From NCBI GenBank assembly GCA_026209155.1, contig GCA_026209155.1_3056.1: a stretch of DNA of 64,000 nucleotides; one strand, written 5' to 3'. Source of the stretch: a phage. How positions within the stretch are numbered: position 1 is the stretch's first letter; every line of letters starts with the position of its first letter. Shown here one piece after another: positions 29,924 through 39,372 of this stretch. Both the position numbers and the translations under genes were made by a program. Below the pieces are notes generated by a model. That model was not told where the DNA came from and ran no database searches. It saw only the letters and a list, made by a program, of their open reading frames with translations.

Positions 29924-30196
29924 TCATAGTTCAATCTCAGCGATTTTCATTTCATTACTATTAATAGCCGCTTTAAGACTATCTGAAAGAATTACATCCC
30001 AGTGGTCATTCATATGACCATTAACTAAACGTGTAATTTCTTCGGGAGTTGAAAAATAAGGCGTATCAGACTCCCAATGCGATAGTCCCAAGCGAGTATA
30101 AATCATACCTTCATCATCGCTAGAATATTCAACTGACACAAACTCATCAGTTATTTTATGTTTAGCGTAATAAAATTTAAATTTCATTTTACTCAA
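29924..30196 (-). CDS. Hypothetical protein
   Basis: 90-aa ORF. Confidence 0.5.
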   Translation of the reverse strand: MSKMKFKFYYAKHKITDEFVSVEYSSDDEGMIYTRLGLSHWESDTPYFSTPEEITRLVNGHMNDHWDVILSDSLKAAINSNEMKIAEIEL

Positions 30197-30399
30197 TAAT
30201 CCGCTAAAAGATCGACGATTGCATCACGAAGACACTTATTCGCAATACGTTTAAGAGCAATTTCAGTTTCTGGAGCATTTTGAATAATCATTGAATTCAA
30301 TTCAGCCTCAGCAAACTGAAGTTCTTTAACTAATTCAGCTTTATATTTTCCTTGCCCTTTCTTAGCTTTTGCTCGTTTTAATTCAGCTGTAGTAAACAT
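30193..30399 (-). CDS. Hypothetical protein (68 aa); track ORF 30193..30498 trimmed to the Met after the promoter
   Basis: MFTTAELKRAKAKKGQGKYKAELVKELQFAEAELNS...; upstream codons lie within the promoter element. Confidence 0.5.
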   Translation of the reverse strand: MFTTAELKRAKAKKGQGKYKAELVKELQFAEAELNSMIIQNAPETEIALKRIANKCLRDAIVDLLADY

Positions 30400-30419
30400 T
30401 TTATTCTCCAAATCCGTAT

Positions 30420-30465
30420 CAGTTGATAGTTGTATAGTACCACAGTCCTTGTGGTATGTAAACCA
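30420..30465 (-). promoter_or_regulatory. T4-type early promoter immediately downstream of denB
   Basis: Minus-strand GTTTAC-17 nt-GTACTATAC with conserved leader CTATCAACTGATAC. Confidence 0.5.
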
Positions 30466-30479
30466 CTTTGTGAAAATTT

Positions 30480-31037
30480 TTAAATGGAAAGATACCATCC
30501 GTTGTAGTTGCTTTTTCTTACAACCTTACGAAGGTCTTCTCTATCACCGATGAACTTCGGAGTGTACTGGATGACACCTGGATGAATTTCTTTAGTGTTG
30601 AATATAATTATACAGTCAGCGACTTGGTGATTCAGAATGGGCCCTAGATTTATTCCAGAACCGTATGGATACTCTCCGCTGCATCCGGTTGTTACCGAAA
30701 TCCAACGTGAGTCAGTTTGATGTGTTTTGACTTCTACACGAAGCCCGCAGTATTTTGGATGCGCCAGTACATCCCATGCATATGTATACGGGTCATTAAC
30801 ATCCTCTTGGCCTTTGTTAACATACCCGCTCAGCCAATCTGCTACAAAAAATTCTGCGTACACAGCGATACGACATCTTTCAATAACTTCTGCTTTATCC
30901 TGATTAGGATTTTGTTTTAAAGAGTATCTTGCTGTATCAGCAATTTTGACCTTCATTTCACTAGTCAAGTCACTGTTCGATAGGGTAAATGTCGGAATCT
31001 GAAATAGTCTCTGTAAACCTGGATTCGTTTTCTGCAT
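30480..31037 (-). CDS. denB: Endonuclease IV (cytosine-DNA-specific)
   Basis: 185 aa as in T4 DenB; between rIIB and ndd. Confidence 0.88.
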   Translation of the reverse strand: MQKTNPGLQRLFQIPTFTLSNSDLTSEMKVKIADTARYSLKQNPNQDKAEVIERCRIAVYAEFFVADWLSGYVNKGQEDVNDPYTYAWDVLAHPKYCGLRVEVKTHQTDSRWISVTTGCSGEYPYGSGINLGPILNHQVADCIIIFNTKEIHPGVIQYTPKFIGDREDLRKVVRKSNYNGWYLSI

Positions 31038-31089
31038 TAAACTTTCCTTTTACGTCGGAATCACTGATGTTAATATAATAAATCATAGT

Positions 31090-31120
31090 TTCCCTTAAAA
31101 CAAAAGGGCCGAAGCCCTTT
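31090..31120 (-). terminator. Hairpin with UUCG loop plus U-rich tract
   Basis: Minus-strand AAAGGGC-UUCG-GCCCUUU followed by UGUUUUAAGGG. Confidence 0.55.
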
Positions 31121-31123
31121 ACT

Positions 31124-31318
31124 TTATTTGAATTGTGCAATTCTTTTCTCTAAACAATCTGCGTAAGATTTCATTGAAATAAACTGCGAAAGCAGTAATT
31201 CTTGCTCAACTTCATTAATCGTTAGAAACTTTGTGCTTTCTAAAAATTTGCTCAGTGCATTAATTTTGAGCATTAATTGATCGTATTCTTCTTTTACTCG
31301 TGCTTGATAACCTAACAT
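31124..31318 (-). CDS. Hypothetical small coiled-coil protein
   Basis: 64-aa ORF flanked by two UUCG hairpins. Confidence 0.5.
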   Translation of the reverse strand: MLGYQARVKEEYDQLMLKINALSKFLESTKFLTINEVEQELLLSQFISMKSYADCLEKRIAQFK

Positions 31319-31346
31319 AATTTTCCTTAGTTAAGGGCCGAAGCCC

Positions 31347-32285
31347 TTATTTAAATTGTTCAGTAACGTCTTCAACTACTTCGTATTGACAGGTACGCAT
31401 TTTAGCATCGTTGTAATCAATCGGAATTGATACTACATCGCGAGGATGTACTTTAACTTTTACAACTCGGCTGGTTGAACTGCCAAAGTGACGAATATAA
31501 GATTTAGAACACACATGCAGACCACGAGAACAAGTTTGTGTATCATCGTCATTCACACGAGTACGTGGCATTTTAACTACTTTACCAGGACTGTTATCAA
31601 AGGTATTTGAGTGACAGTCAAAGTAATTGCTGCGAACTACTTTCCAAGCATAGAAGTAGCCGTCTTCTGTAATTTCAATATCGTTTGCTACCAAGAAATC
31701 AAAGAGTCGAGATACTGCTTTTTGGCTTGGGTTTTCCAGCAGATTTTCCAAGAACGGAAAATAAAATTCAAAGTTTTCACCTTTTTCCATCGAATCAAGA
31801 ATACGATCAACTAAACCAGACCGCAATTCAATATTTTGATAGAACAGGCTTCCACCTTCAATTCGAACATCACCGGAAATATATTTTTCAACAGCGCGAC
31901 GAACATTAATTTTTTGTGCCGCTTCTTCCAATTTATCTGCAACAAGCAGATTAAGAATTTCCTGGAAGTTTGAATGAGTATTAGGAGTTGCGTTATAAGT
32001 TACGCCATCAACAGTAATTGAAATGAATTTTTTAGATGCATTCCAAATAATGTCAGATTTAGCAACTGGAGCAATAGCTACATCACTCTTAACTTCAACT
32101 GTAATGTCACCGCTAATGGTAACTTTGGAGCGCTCAACTTCTTCAGCATTTTTCAAAACACGACGGATTGTGTCAACCGATACACCTTGCCAATCAGCCA
32201 ATTCCTGCTGGGTATAATTACCACTTGAATACAGTTTGACAATTTCAGCTTGTTCGTTTTTGGTCAGGCATTTAATATTGTACAT
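31347..32285 (-). CDS. rIIB: rIIB protein
   Basis: 312 aa as in T4 rIIB; N-terminus MYNIKCLTKNEQAEIVKLYSSGNYTQQELADWQGVS. Confidence 0.93.
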   Translation of the reverse strand: MYNIKCLTKNEQAEIVKLYSSGNYTQQELADWQGVSVDTIRRVLKNAEEVERSKVTISGDITVEVKSDVAIAPVAKSDIIWNASKKFISITVDGVTYNATPNTHSNFQEILNLLVADKLEEAAQKINVRRAVEKYISGDVRIEGGSLFYQNIELRSGLVDRILDSMEKGENFEFYFPFLENLLENPSQKAVSRLFDFLVANDIEITEDGYFYAWKVVRSNYFDCHSNTFDNSPGKVVKMPRTRVNDDDTQTCSRGLHVCSKSYIRHFGSSTSRVVKVKVHPRDVVSIPIDYNDAKMRTCQYEVVEDVTEQFK

Positions 32286-32296
32286 AATTTTCCTTA

Positions 32297-34474
32297 TTAG
32301 GCCGCAAGGGCCTTCATAGTTTTAGCGATTTGGGAAACTTCATCATCACTTAAAGAGTTGCGATAACCGATGAAGTCGGAAACAATACGGAATTTCTTGG
32401 TAAACTCAGCAACCATTTTATCACTGTTTTTTGAAGCATTATTTGATAATACATCAAAAAGATTAGTTACTGTCCAGATGTCATGACCGATGGTATCTTT
32501 TCCACCGTTGAAATATACACCCTGTAATGAACTAACCATATTAGCGAGTCGTGTATATTCTTCAGAAACTTCATCTACACTGAAGTACTTCATCATAAAA
32601 TCTAGTTCAGGATACTTAATAATTTTATCAATATATCGTTTAGCTGAACTTGAATAACCTACATACTTATCATAATCTACATCATCAAAAGCATCTACAT
32701 ATAAATCACGCAAAGTTTCAAAAATACATTGGCACTGACCAAGTTCTTTTACCTTTTTCTGCAAAAGCGGACGAATAACATAAAATTCATTAATGCCAAT
32801 AAGATTAGCCATACGAATCAAAATATTCGTAGATGGATGACAAAGCGATGTAGTACCATCCATAGAGAAAATATCAGAATGATGCATGTATGCTACATAA
32901 CCAGTAATTTCATCTGCTTCTGACGTAAGTGTAAACAATTCCTCTTTTTCCCAGCGCCCGTCTTTAATTTCAAACTTAAATGCGGTGGCAGCTTTAGGAC
33001 GAGGAGCTGTACTTTTTACTGCCTTTGGAATATAACTTTTAACTAAAGCTTCAATTTCTGACAAATAATGAATGTTAACTTCATCACTTTCAAACATTGC
33101 CATAATATCAGGAAGCAAATCAATCTGCGATTCTACTTCCGGATTAATAAACAGAAGACGCTCATTGTGATGAATATTCAAAGTGTTATTAAATTCACTA
33201 TCATCTAATGCACGTGCTAATCCACGGACAATATTAACACGATTTTTAATATTATCAATAACGATATTAATTTTTGTTGTGTTAATACCAAACAGACGAT
33301 AACTTGATGCAACGGCTGAAGTTTCATGACTTTGCTTAATGCGTTTTAGTCGAGGGTCAAGATTTACTTCATACACAACCCCTGCATTGCATAACTTACT
33401 GTCAGGTTCAAACATGCTTTGCATCTTCTTATATGACAGATTTTTAGTCGTGAATTTGACCGAATTACTAATCATATAATCTCGAGCAGAATATCCCATC
33501 TTCATCAATTCACGGTATGTATGACGAGGAGATGTAGATTCTTTAAATCGTTTTACATCTTCATTAAATGCCTTCTCACTGAGCTCTTTAACACGCTCAA
33601 TAATATTTTTACGAGTACGATCATCTAGTGAAAGAGCCTCACGCGATGGAGCAATATCAAGTGAACCCATTGGAAACTTAATGTAATTCACTTCATTACG
33701 AATGCTTAACCAGTTACGGTCTCTAATAACACCGTCGATAGGATAAACAATACCACCATAGATAGCATATAATCCACCACGATCTGGCCAGTATCTTTCT
33801 GGATTTACGCCGTAATAATCATCAAAATCAGGAAAATAATCAATTTCGCGGTCAAGACCATTAATGATAGCCAAATCTTTGAATGGTCGCATGATATAAG
33901 AAACTTCATAAGCAAAGTTTCTAAAGTCTTTTTCTTCAACTGGAACTACGATTTCAATACCAGTTTTATCGTCTGGACCCATTTCTTTTACGAATGTAGG
34001 TTTAATCTGCGGACCGTCACCATCCATGTAAGCTACATAACCACGAATTTCGCCTTTATGATATGAAGTGATACTAAACGTATCAGTATAACTAAACGGA
34101 GATTTAGAACCTAAACCAAATCCACCAATGAAATCATTAGATTCAGCCTTAGATGAACTGAAGTATGAATTATACAACCCAGGAGAATTATCATCACCCT
34201 GAATATCAAAATCGCTCATACCCGGACCAAAATCTCGACAAACAAATCGCGGATCTAATCGTCCTGGAACTTGAATGATAAATTTTTCAGGATTTCCATT
34301 AAGAGCATGGGCATCAATCATGTTGGTAATCAATTCACGGACTACTGCGCGAATCTTGTTTGTATACAAATCAGATGATAGAATTTTAAATACTTTAGGA
34401 GATGCTGTGATGCTAAATGCTTTTGATTTAGAACCATTACCAAGAATTGTTTCTTTTTCAGTGGTGATAATCAT
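32297..34474 (-). CDS. rIIA: rIIA protein
   Basis: 725 aa as in T4 rIIA; directly upstream of rIIB. Confidence 0.93.
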   Translation of the reverse strand: MIITTEKETILGNGSKSKAFSITASPKVFKILSSDLYTNKIRAVVRELITNMIDAHALNGNPEKFIIQVPGRLDPRFVCRDFGPGMSDFDIQGDDNSPGLYNSYFSSSKAESNDFIGGFGLGSKSPFSYTDTFSITSYHKGEIRGYVAYMDGDGPQIKPTFVKEMGPDDKTGIEIVVPVEEKDFRNFAYEVSYIMRPFKDLAIINGLDREIDYFPDFDDYYGVNPERYWPDRGGLYAIYGGIVYPIDGVIRDRNWLSIRNEVNYIKFPMGSLDIAPSREALSLDDRTRKNIIERVKELSEKAFNEDVKRFKESTSPRHTYRELMKMGYSARDYMISNSVKFTTKNLSYKKMQSMFEPDSKLCNAGVVYEVNLDPRLKRIKQSHETSAVASSYRLFGINTTKINIVIDNIKNRVNIVRGLARALDDSEFNNTLNIHHNERLLFINPEVESQIDLLPDIMAMFESDEVNIHYLSEIEALVKSYIPKAVKSTAPRPKAATAFKFEIKDGRWEKEELFTLTSEADEITGYVAYMHHSDIFSMDGTTSLCHPSTNILIRMANLIGINEFYVIRPLLQKKVKELGQCQCIFETLRDLYVDAFDDVDYDKYVGYSSSAKRYIDKIIKYPELDFMMKYFSVDEVSEEYTRLANMVSSLQGVYFNGGKDTIGHDIWTVTNLFDVLSNNASKNSDKMVAEFTKKFRIVSDFIGYRNSLSDDEVSQIAKTMKALAA

Positions 34475-34484
34475 AATTTCCTCA

Positions 34485-34688
34485 TTAATTCATATTGCGT
34501 TTAATAACTTCAACAACTTCTAGTAGTTCATCTTTAGTTGCGGTGTCGGATTGAATTTTATCTCTAATATCCTTAAAGCGGTTTTTAAACTCTTCAGCTT
34601 CTCCCATATCGAAAAAGCGTTGAATGATTCTATATTCTCGATGAACTGCTTTATCAAAAAGTTCTAAATTTACTTTATATGATTTCAT
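34485..34688 (-). CDS. Hypothetical small protein (rIIA.1-like)
   Basis: 67-aa ORF downstream of a canonical early promoter. Confidence 0.5.
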   Translation of the reverse strand: MKSYKVNLELFDKAVHREYRIIQRFFDMGEAEEFKNRFKDIRDKIQSDTATKDELLEVVEVIKRNMN

Positions 34689-34711
34689 TTCAATATCCTC
34701 ATTTGCCCAAT

Positions 34712-34745
34712 TAATTATACCACATCCTTGTGGTAAAGTAAACTA
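34712..34745 (-). promoter_or_regulatory. T4-type early promoter (-35 GTTTAC, 17 nt, -10 GTATAAT) overlapping the gene 39 stop
   Basis: Minus-strand GTTTACTTTACCACAAGGATGTGGTATAAT. Confidence 0.55.
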
Positions 34746-36563
34746 TTGGCTCATCCATTCTTTACGAAGGTCAGCATTATCTCCCATGAGCATTTCAAAA
34801 AGCTCTTTCCAGTTCTCAGGAAGTTTAACAACATCATATACTGGGTTTTGAATCATCTCACGATATTCAGATTTTTCCAAAGAGCCAAGTCCTTTAATAT
34901 AACGGATGCTATGTTTAGGTAGAGCATCTTTGGCACTCTCATATTCAGCGACTGTATAAAACCATTCTTGTTTTTTACCGACCTGAGCGATGATTACAGG
35001 AGTTTTGACAAAGCGAATTCTTCCTTGTTCAAACAATTCTGGCCAATTACTAAAAAATCCGAGCAGAGAAGGATAAATGCTTCCTAGACCATCATGGTCA
35101 GCATCAGTCATAATAGCAATATTATGATAATTCAAGTTTTCAGCCTTTTCACCAAGAACTAATCCAGTGATTGCACAAATATCGAACAGTTCTTTGTTTT
35201 TAAGCATATCAGCATATGACATGCCCCAACTGTTAAGAACTTTACCACGCAATGGATAACCACCATGAAGTTCTTTATCACGAACATCAATAAGATATCC
35301 GATAGCAGAATCACCCTCAGTCAAGAAAAGAGTAGTATCAGCATCTTTACCGCAAAGATTCGCTTTGATATGTTTATGAACCTTAGCTTTAGAAGCCTTT
35401 TTAGCTGCTTTAGTTTCTGCTGCTTTTTCTGCCGCCAATTTACGAGCCAAAGCAGCTTCAATAATCGGCATTAGAATTGCTTCATTATTTAGAATAGCGC
35501 GTGAAATCTTTTTAGCATCAAGCTGAATATGACTACGAATTTCGCCAAATGGAGAAGTCAAACGCTCTTTAGTTTGAGAATCAAATCGCATGTTTTTCAT
35601 ATCACGAACAAACATAACGATAGTCAAACATTCTTTAACACGTGCTTTAGTTACATCAATTTTGAACTTACGTTTGATTTGTGGAATAAGGTCTTCACAA
35701 ATATCATCCATAACGCAGTCAATGTGATGGCCACCATTCTTAGTATGAATGTTATTGACGTATGTTAATTGACGAAAACCATCCGGTGAACGACCAACCG
35801 CAATAGAACAATTTTCTTGTTCTTGAACAATAGCATGTTCATCATATTGGCGTGCATATTTCTTAAAATTACCCTGAACCTTTTTACCATTAAAGGTAAA
35901 TTGAATATCAGGATAAACTACTGCAAGTGTCTGGAGACGATCTAGCGTAATGTCAAGATAAACTTGAGATAGTTCATTAGTTTCAAATGACATAAAATCA
36001 GGAATGAAAGTAACACGAGTTCCTTTCCATTTTCCAGGAATAGTTTCCCATGATTTATTTTCCATGCCATTTGAACAACGAACTACAATATTATTTTGAC
36101 CATCGCCAGTTTCACCGACAAACATCACAGAAAAAATGTTAGTTAAACTAGAGCCAACACCGTTCATACCGCCAGTGACGCGTTCTTTATCATCACCAAA
36201 GTTACCACCTGCTTTTGGAATAGTCCAGGCAGCAACAGGACCAGGAATTTCTTCACCAGTAGGTGTTTTAACCATCGCTTGTGGAATACCACGACCGTTA
36301 TCTTCAACTGTTACTTGATTGTTTTTGATAGTAACATTAATTTTATTTGCGAATTTAAACTTAGTACGAATACCTTCATCTACTGAGTTATCGATAATTT
36401 CATCAATAAGCTTAACAAGACCAGGTACATACTGAACACTTTCCCATTTACCAAACAGAAAGCGCTCATGCATTTCATTAGCGGAAGAGCCAATGTACAT
36501 GCCGCTACGCTTTTTGATATGTTCAATATCGCTCAGAATTTTAATTTCATTCTTAATCATCAC
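34743..36563 (-). CDS. 39: DNA topoisomerase II large subunit gp39, uninterrupted (GyrB-like ATPase plus Toprim region that is gene 60 in T4)
   Basis: 606-aa continuous ORF; C-terminal IAIMTDADHDGLGSIYPSLLGFFSNWPELFEQGRIRF segment is contiguous. Confidence 0.9.
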   Translation of the reverse strand: MMIKNEIKILSDIEHIKKRSGMYIGSSANEMHERFLFGKWESVQYVPGLVKLIDEIIDNSVDEGIRTKFKFANKINVTIKNNQVTVEDNGRGIPQAMVKTPTGEEIPGPVAAWTIPKAGGNFGDDKERVTGGMNGVGSSLTNIFSVMFVGETGDGQNNIVVRCSNGMENKSWETIPGKWKGTRVTFIPDFMSFETNELSQVYLDITLDRLQTLAVVYPDIQFTFNGKKVQGNFKKYARQYDEHAIVQEQENCSIAVGRSPDGFRQLTYVNNIHTKNGGHHIDCVMDDICEDLIPQIKRKFKIDVTKARVKECLTIVMFVRDMKNMRFDSQTKERLTSPFGEIRSHIQLDAKKISRAILNNEAILMPIIEAALARKLAAEKAAETKAAKKASKAKVHKHIKANLCGKDADTTLFLTEGDSAIGYLIDVRDKELHGGYPLRGKVLNSWGMSYADMLKNKELFDICAITGLVLGEKAENLNYHNIAIMTDADHDGLGSIYPSLLGFFSNWPELFEQGRIRFVKTPVIIAQVGKKQEWFYTVAEYESAKDALPKHSIRYIKGLGSLEKSEYREMIQNPVYDVVKLPENWKELFEMLMGDNADLRKEWMSQ

Positions 36564-36629
36564 TTATCCTCGTTTGGTTTCGGGAATATTATACTCCGGT
36601 AATCATAAAGCTAAAGGCCCGAAGGCCTT

Positions 36630-36902
36630 TTATTTAAAACGGATAGTCGAATCCTTGAAGAATAGACCAGAACACACGGTTCCTTCTACTTTCTGCCCAG
36701 TAGGTCCAATAGCACGAAATCCAGTATGCTGGAAATCATTTTCAGAGCAACCGAACCAATTATATCCAGTGATTTCAATATTAGTAAAACCACTTGAAGA
36801 CAAAACTTTGGTTGCATTATCGGCATCAGTACATCCTACTAAAGATACTGCTAATACTAATGCCGCGATAGAACGATTAACATATTTCATAATTTCACTC
36901 AA
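36630..36902 (-). CDS. Putative lipoprotein (signal peptide plus lipobox LVGC)
   Basis: 90-aa ORF, N-terminus MSEIMKYVNRSIAALVLAVSLVGCTDADN; followed by UUCG hairpin. Confidence 0.55.
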   Translation of the reverse strand: MSEIMKYVNRSIAALVLAVSLVGCTDADNATKVLSSSGFTNIEITGYNWFGCSENDFQHTGFRAIGPTGQKVEGTVCSGLFFKDSTIRFK

Positions 36903-37272
36903 ATTTAATGGCTTGAAGAAGACTAATAATTCTCAAGCGACTTCTTTCATCTTTAACTGTAAAAGAAAGAGGGTCACCAGATTTCATAGTGATGGTGCAT
37001 CCAAAATCAAAATCTTCTGTAACTTCTTCGAATAGGTCAAATTCTTCATCATAAATTAGAACATTACTCTGAAAACTGTGAAGAATTTTTCCATCATTTC
37101 CAGATGCTGTACTAATCACTGTAACATTATTACCTTTCATATCTTCAACGATAAATTCGCTTGTAGATATTACATTACTAATAGAACCATTCCTATAAAT
37201 AGCAGAAAATAGATATTTCTTTTCTTCACCTTCGCGAATGCGATATTTCTTACCGATTTTAAACATAATCAC
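36895..37272 (-). CDS. Hypothetical protein (39.x-like); start may be GTG or the third-codon ATG
   Basis: 125-aa ORF. Confidence 0.5.
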   Translation of the reverse strand: MIMFKIGKKYRIREGEEKKYLFSAIYRNGSISNVISTSEFIVEDMKGNNVTVISTASGNDGKILHSFQSNVLIYDEEFDLFEEVTEDFDFGCTITMKSGDPLSFTVKDERSRLRIISLLQAIKFE

Positions 37273-37445
37273 CCTTTAAGTAAGTCGTAAAAACCGCCAT
37301 TTACATGCTTAGGAGCAGAAGGCCGACGAGTAGACAAACGATGACATTTAGGGCAAACATCATTTTCTCGTTCAGAAATCTTTTTAATTTTTTCATATTC
37401 ATGCCCACAATCTTCGGATTGGCATTTATAATCATACATTGGCAT
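37269..37445 (-). CDS. Small zinc-ribbon protein, FmdB-like (58 aa), not in ORF track
   Basis: Hand-translated MPMYDYKCQSEDCGHEYEKIKKISERENDVCPKCHRLSTRRPSAPKHVNGGFYDLLKG; two CxxC pairs. Confidence 0.5.
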   Translation of the reverse strand: MPMYDYKCQSEDCGHEYEKIKKISERENDVCPKCHRLSTRRPSAPKHVNGGFYDLLKG

Positions 37446-37447
37446 AA

Positions 37448-37867
37448 TTATTCCTTAAAATGTGCTTTCAACATCTGATACAAAGACCATGCATGTTCAT
37501 TATTTTCAATAGTAACTTTCATTACCGGGAATTCTGTGAAATCTTCTATTTGTTCTTGCTCTTCCTGCTCTTGTTCTTCAGCAGCCTGATATGGATTTTC
37601 AACTTCATCAAAGAACCCAGCTTCACTTTTTGAAAGCCAAATAAAGTCTTCATCCAAAACATCTTTATCAGGAGATAGTACTAAATTTCCAGTAGATGAC
37701 AAAATTTTAATAGGACGCCCAAGAGCGTCCACATCTAAAATTTTAAAAGGATACATACCTAAACGGCGCGCATAAATTCCGTTATTAATATGGTCTTTAA
37801 TAAAATTTTCTTGAGCTTGTTTATTTTTAAATTGATACCATTTATTAACTTCAAATCTAATAGCCAT
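37448..37867 (-). CDS. Hypothetical protein with acidic [10 protein letters not shown] segment (possibly goF-like)
   Basis: 139-aa ORF. Confidence 0.5.
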   Translation of the reverse strand: MAIRFEVNKWYQFKNKQAQENFIKDHINNGIYARRLGMYPFKILDVDALGRPIKILSSTGNLVLSPDKDVLDEDFIWLSKSEAGFFDEVENPYQAAEEQEQEEQEQIEDFTEFPVMKVTIENNEHAWSLYQMLKAHFKE

Positions 37868-38082
37868 TAATAAATTTCCTTCCAGTAAGTTGTACCGTCT
37901 TCAGTGATTTCACGGAATACACCGTAAATTGGCTGTTTATCACCAACCTTTTCATACACATAAACCGAAGTCAAGTGAGTAAACTTAATGGTGTGTTCCT
38001 TTTGAACCACTACCAAATCTGGATCGAATAATACATCTTCAAATTCGTCATTAGTGCATTTCTGAACAGTTTTACGTTTCAT
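37867..38082 (-). CDS. Hypothetical small protein (possibly cef-like)
   Basis: 71-aa ORF downstream of inverted-repeat/promoter region. Confidence 0.45.
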   Translation of the reverse strand: MKRKTVQKCTNDEFEDVLFDPDLVVVQKEHTIKFTHLTSVYVYEKVGDKQPIYGVFREITEDGTTYWKEIY

Positions 38083-38175
38083 TACAATTTCCTCATTAAT
38101 TGAACAGTGGAGCGATGCGTTTCAGAAGAGTAGCAGCACCTTTGGCAAATTTTCCATTTTATTCTCCAAGTTGTT

Positions 38176-38222
38176 TTCTGTATCAGTAGTTGATATTGAT
38201 ATAATACCATAATCAACTACTG
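38176..38222. repeat. Perfect 13-bp inverted repeat (ATCAGTAGTTGAT / ATCAACTACTGAT) around a 17-nt AT-rich spacer, inside an early-promoter-like region
   Basis: Read directly; the left arm is the conserved early leader block, the right arm is its exact reverse complement. Confidence 0.6.
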
Positions 38223-38253
38223 ATGTATATAGTTTTATGAAAAAATTTAAACT

Positions 38254-38751
38254 TTATGCACAGCGGGCTTTGCTATAGTGTTTAATCCAACTTTCGGGAA
38301 TGACTTTGTATGTTCCTAAAAATACCGCGTTGTACAACTTAACGCCATCTTCTACCCATTGATCGGTAATGTATGCACACATAGCACGAGTACGGTGTTT
38401 TTGAACAACCCCTTCCTCATCTTCAGTAAATTCGAATTCATAAGGAGCAATGAACTTAATAGCCTGACCGAGTTTCCACTTAAAGTCTACACCTACATGC
38501 GAAGTATCAATCGTTTCAATTCCTTTAGCAGGAACAGCTTTCAAAAACGCAGATTCAAGAAATTTCGCACGAACATAGCCAAACTGAGGTTTAGACTTTC
38601 CATCTTTAGGAATGATACGCACTTTTACTTCAGAATCTTCATCTTTAACGCCATGTTTAAGCTGAATGCTTACAATTTCGACCAATTTTCCTGCTGCTTT
38701 AGAACGGGATTTATCAGATACACGAGCAATTTCACCAATATTAATAATCAT
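38254..38751 (-). CDS. Hypothetical protein, paralog A of tandem pair (possibly MotB-like)
   Basis: 165 aa; C-terminal motif AYITDQWVEDGVKLYNAVFLGTYKVIPESW shared with next ORF. Confidence 0.55.
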   Translation of the reverse strand: MIINIGEIARVSDKSRSKAAGKLVEIVSIQLKHGVKDEDSEVKVRIIPKDGKSKPQFGYVRAKFLESAFLKAVPAKGIETIDTSHVGVDFKWKLGQAIKFIAPYEFEFTEDEEGVVQKHRTRAMCAYITDQWVEDGVKLYNAVFLGTYKVIPESWIKHYSKARCA

Positions 38752-38827
38752 AGTTATCTCTCACTTGTTAAAAAGATTTTATACTCCACAGGACCATTAT
38801 ACTCTGGTCCCAAGAGTTTGTAAACTA

Positions 38828-39370
38828 TTAATTCAAAATAGCTACCACCGCACTACGAGGTACTACACTAAAATCACCTGCATGAACAACGTTCAGAAGT
38901 TCAACACCATCTTCAATCCACTGGTCTGTTACCCAACCGCAGACTGAAATAAATGGAGTCTTGATAGCTACCGCACGAGTTAGAAGGTCTGTAGGGTCTT
39001 GTTCTTCAACTTCTTGGAACAGGATGAACTCTGCTTCATAAACCAGGATTTTCTCTATTTTGTTATTGTCTAAACGACGACCGTGTACAATATAAGATTT
39101 AGTAAACCATTTACTTTTTTCAAAGTCTTCAACAGTAAATTCGCCTTCGCCAAAAACATCAGTCAGAGTTTTATGGCCGGAAATCAAGGCATTAGTTTTA
39201 ATTTCAGGTTCAACCAGTTTGTAGGTTTTGCCGATTTCAATAGCGGTAGTCATAGTAGGTTCCTTAATTTCCAGTGGTTTAACAGGGCATACATAAGTGC
39301 TTACAACATCAAAATCAATCAGTTTAGCTACCGGATTTGGTATGTATTCAGGATTATAATTAAATTTCAT
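38828..39370 (-). CDS. Hypothetical protein, paralog B of tandem pair
   Basis: 180 aa; C-terminal motif GWVTDQWIEDGVELLNVVHAGDFSVVPRS. Confidence 0.55.
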   Translation of the reverse strand: MKFNYNPEYIPNPVAKLIDFDVVSTYVCPVKPLEIKEPTMTTAIEIGKTYKLVEPEIKTNALISGHKTLTDVFGEGEFTVEDFEKSKWFTKSYIVHGRRLDNNKIEKILVYEAEFILFQEVEEQDPTDLLTRAVAIKTPFISVCGWVTDQWIEDGVELLNVVHAGDFSVVPRSAVVAILN

Positions 39371-39372
39371 AA

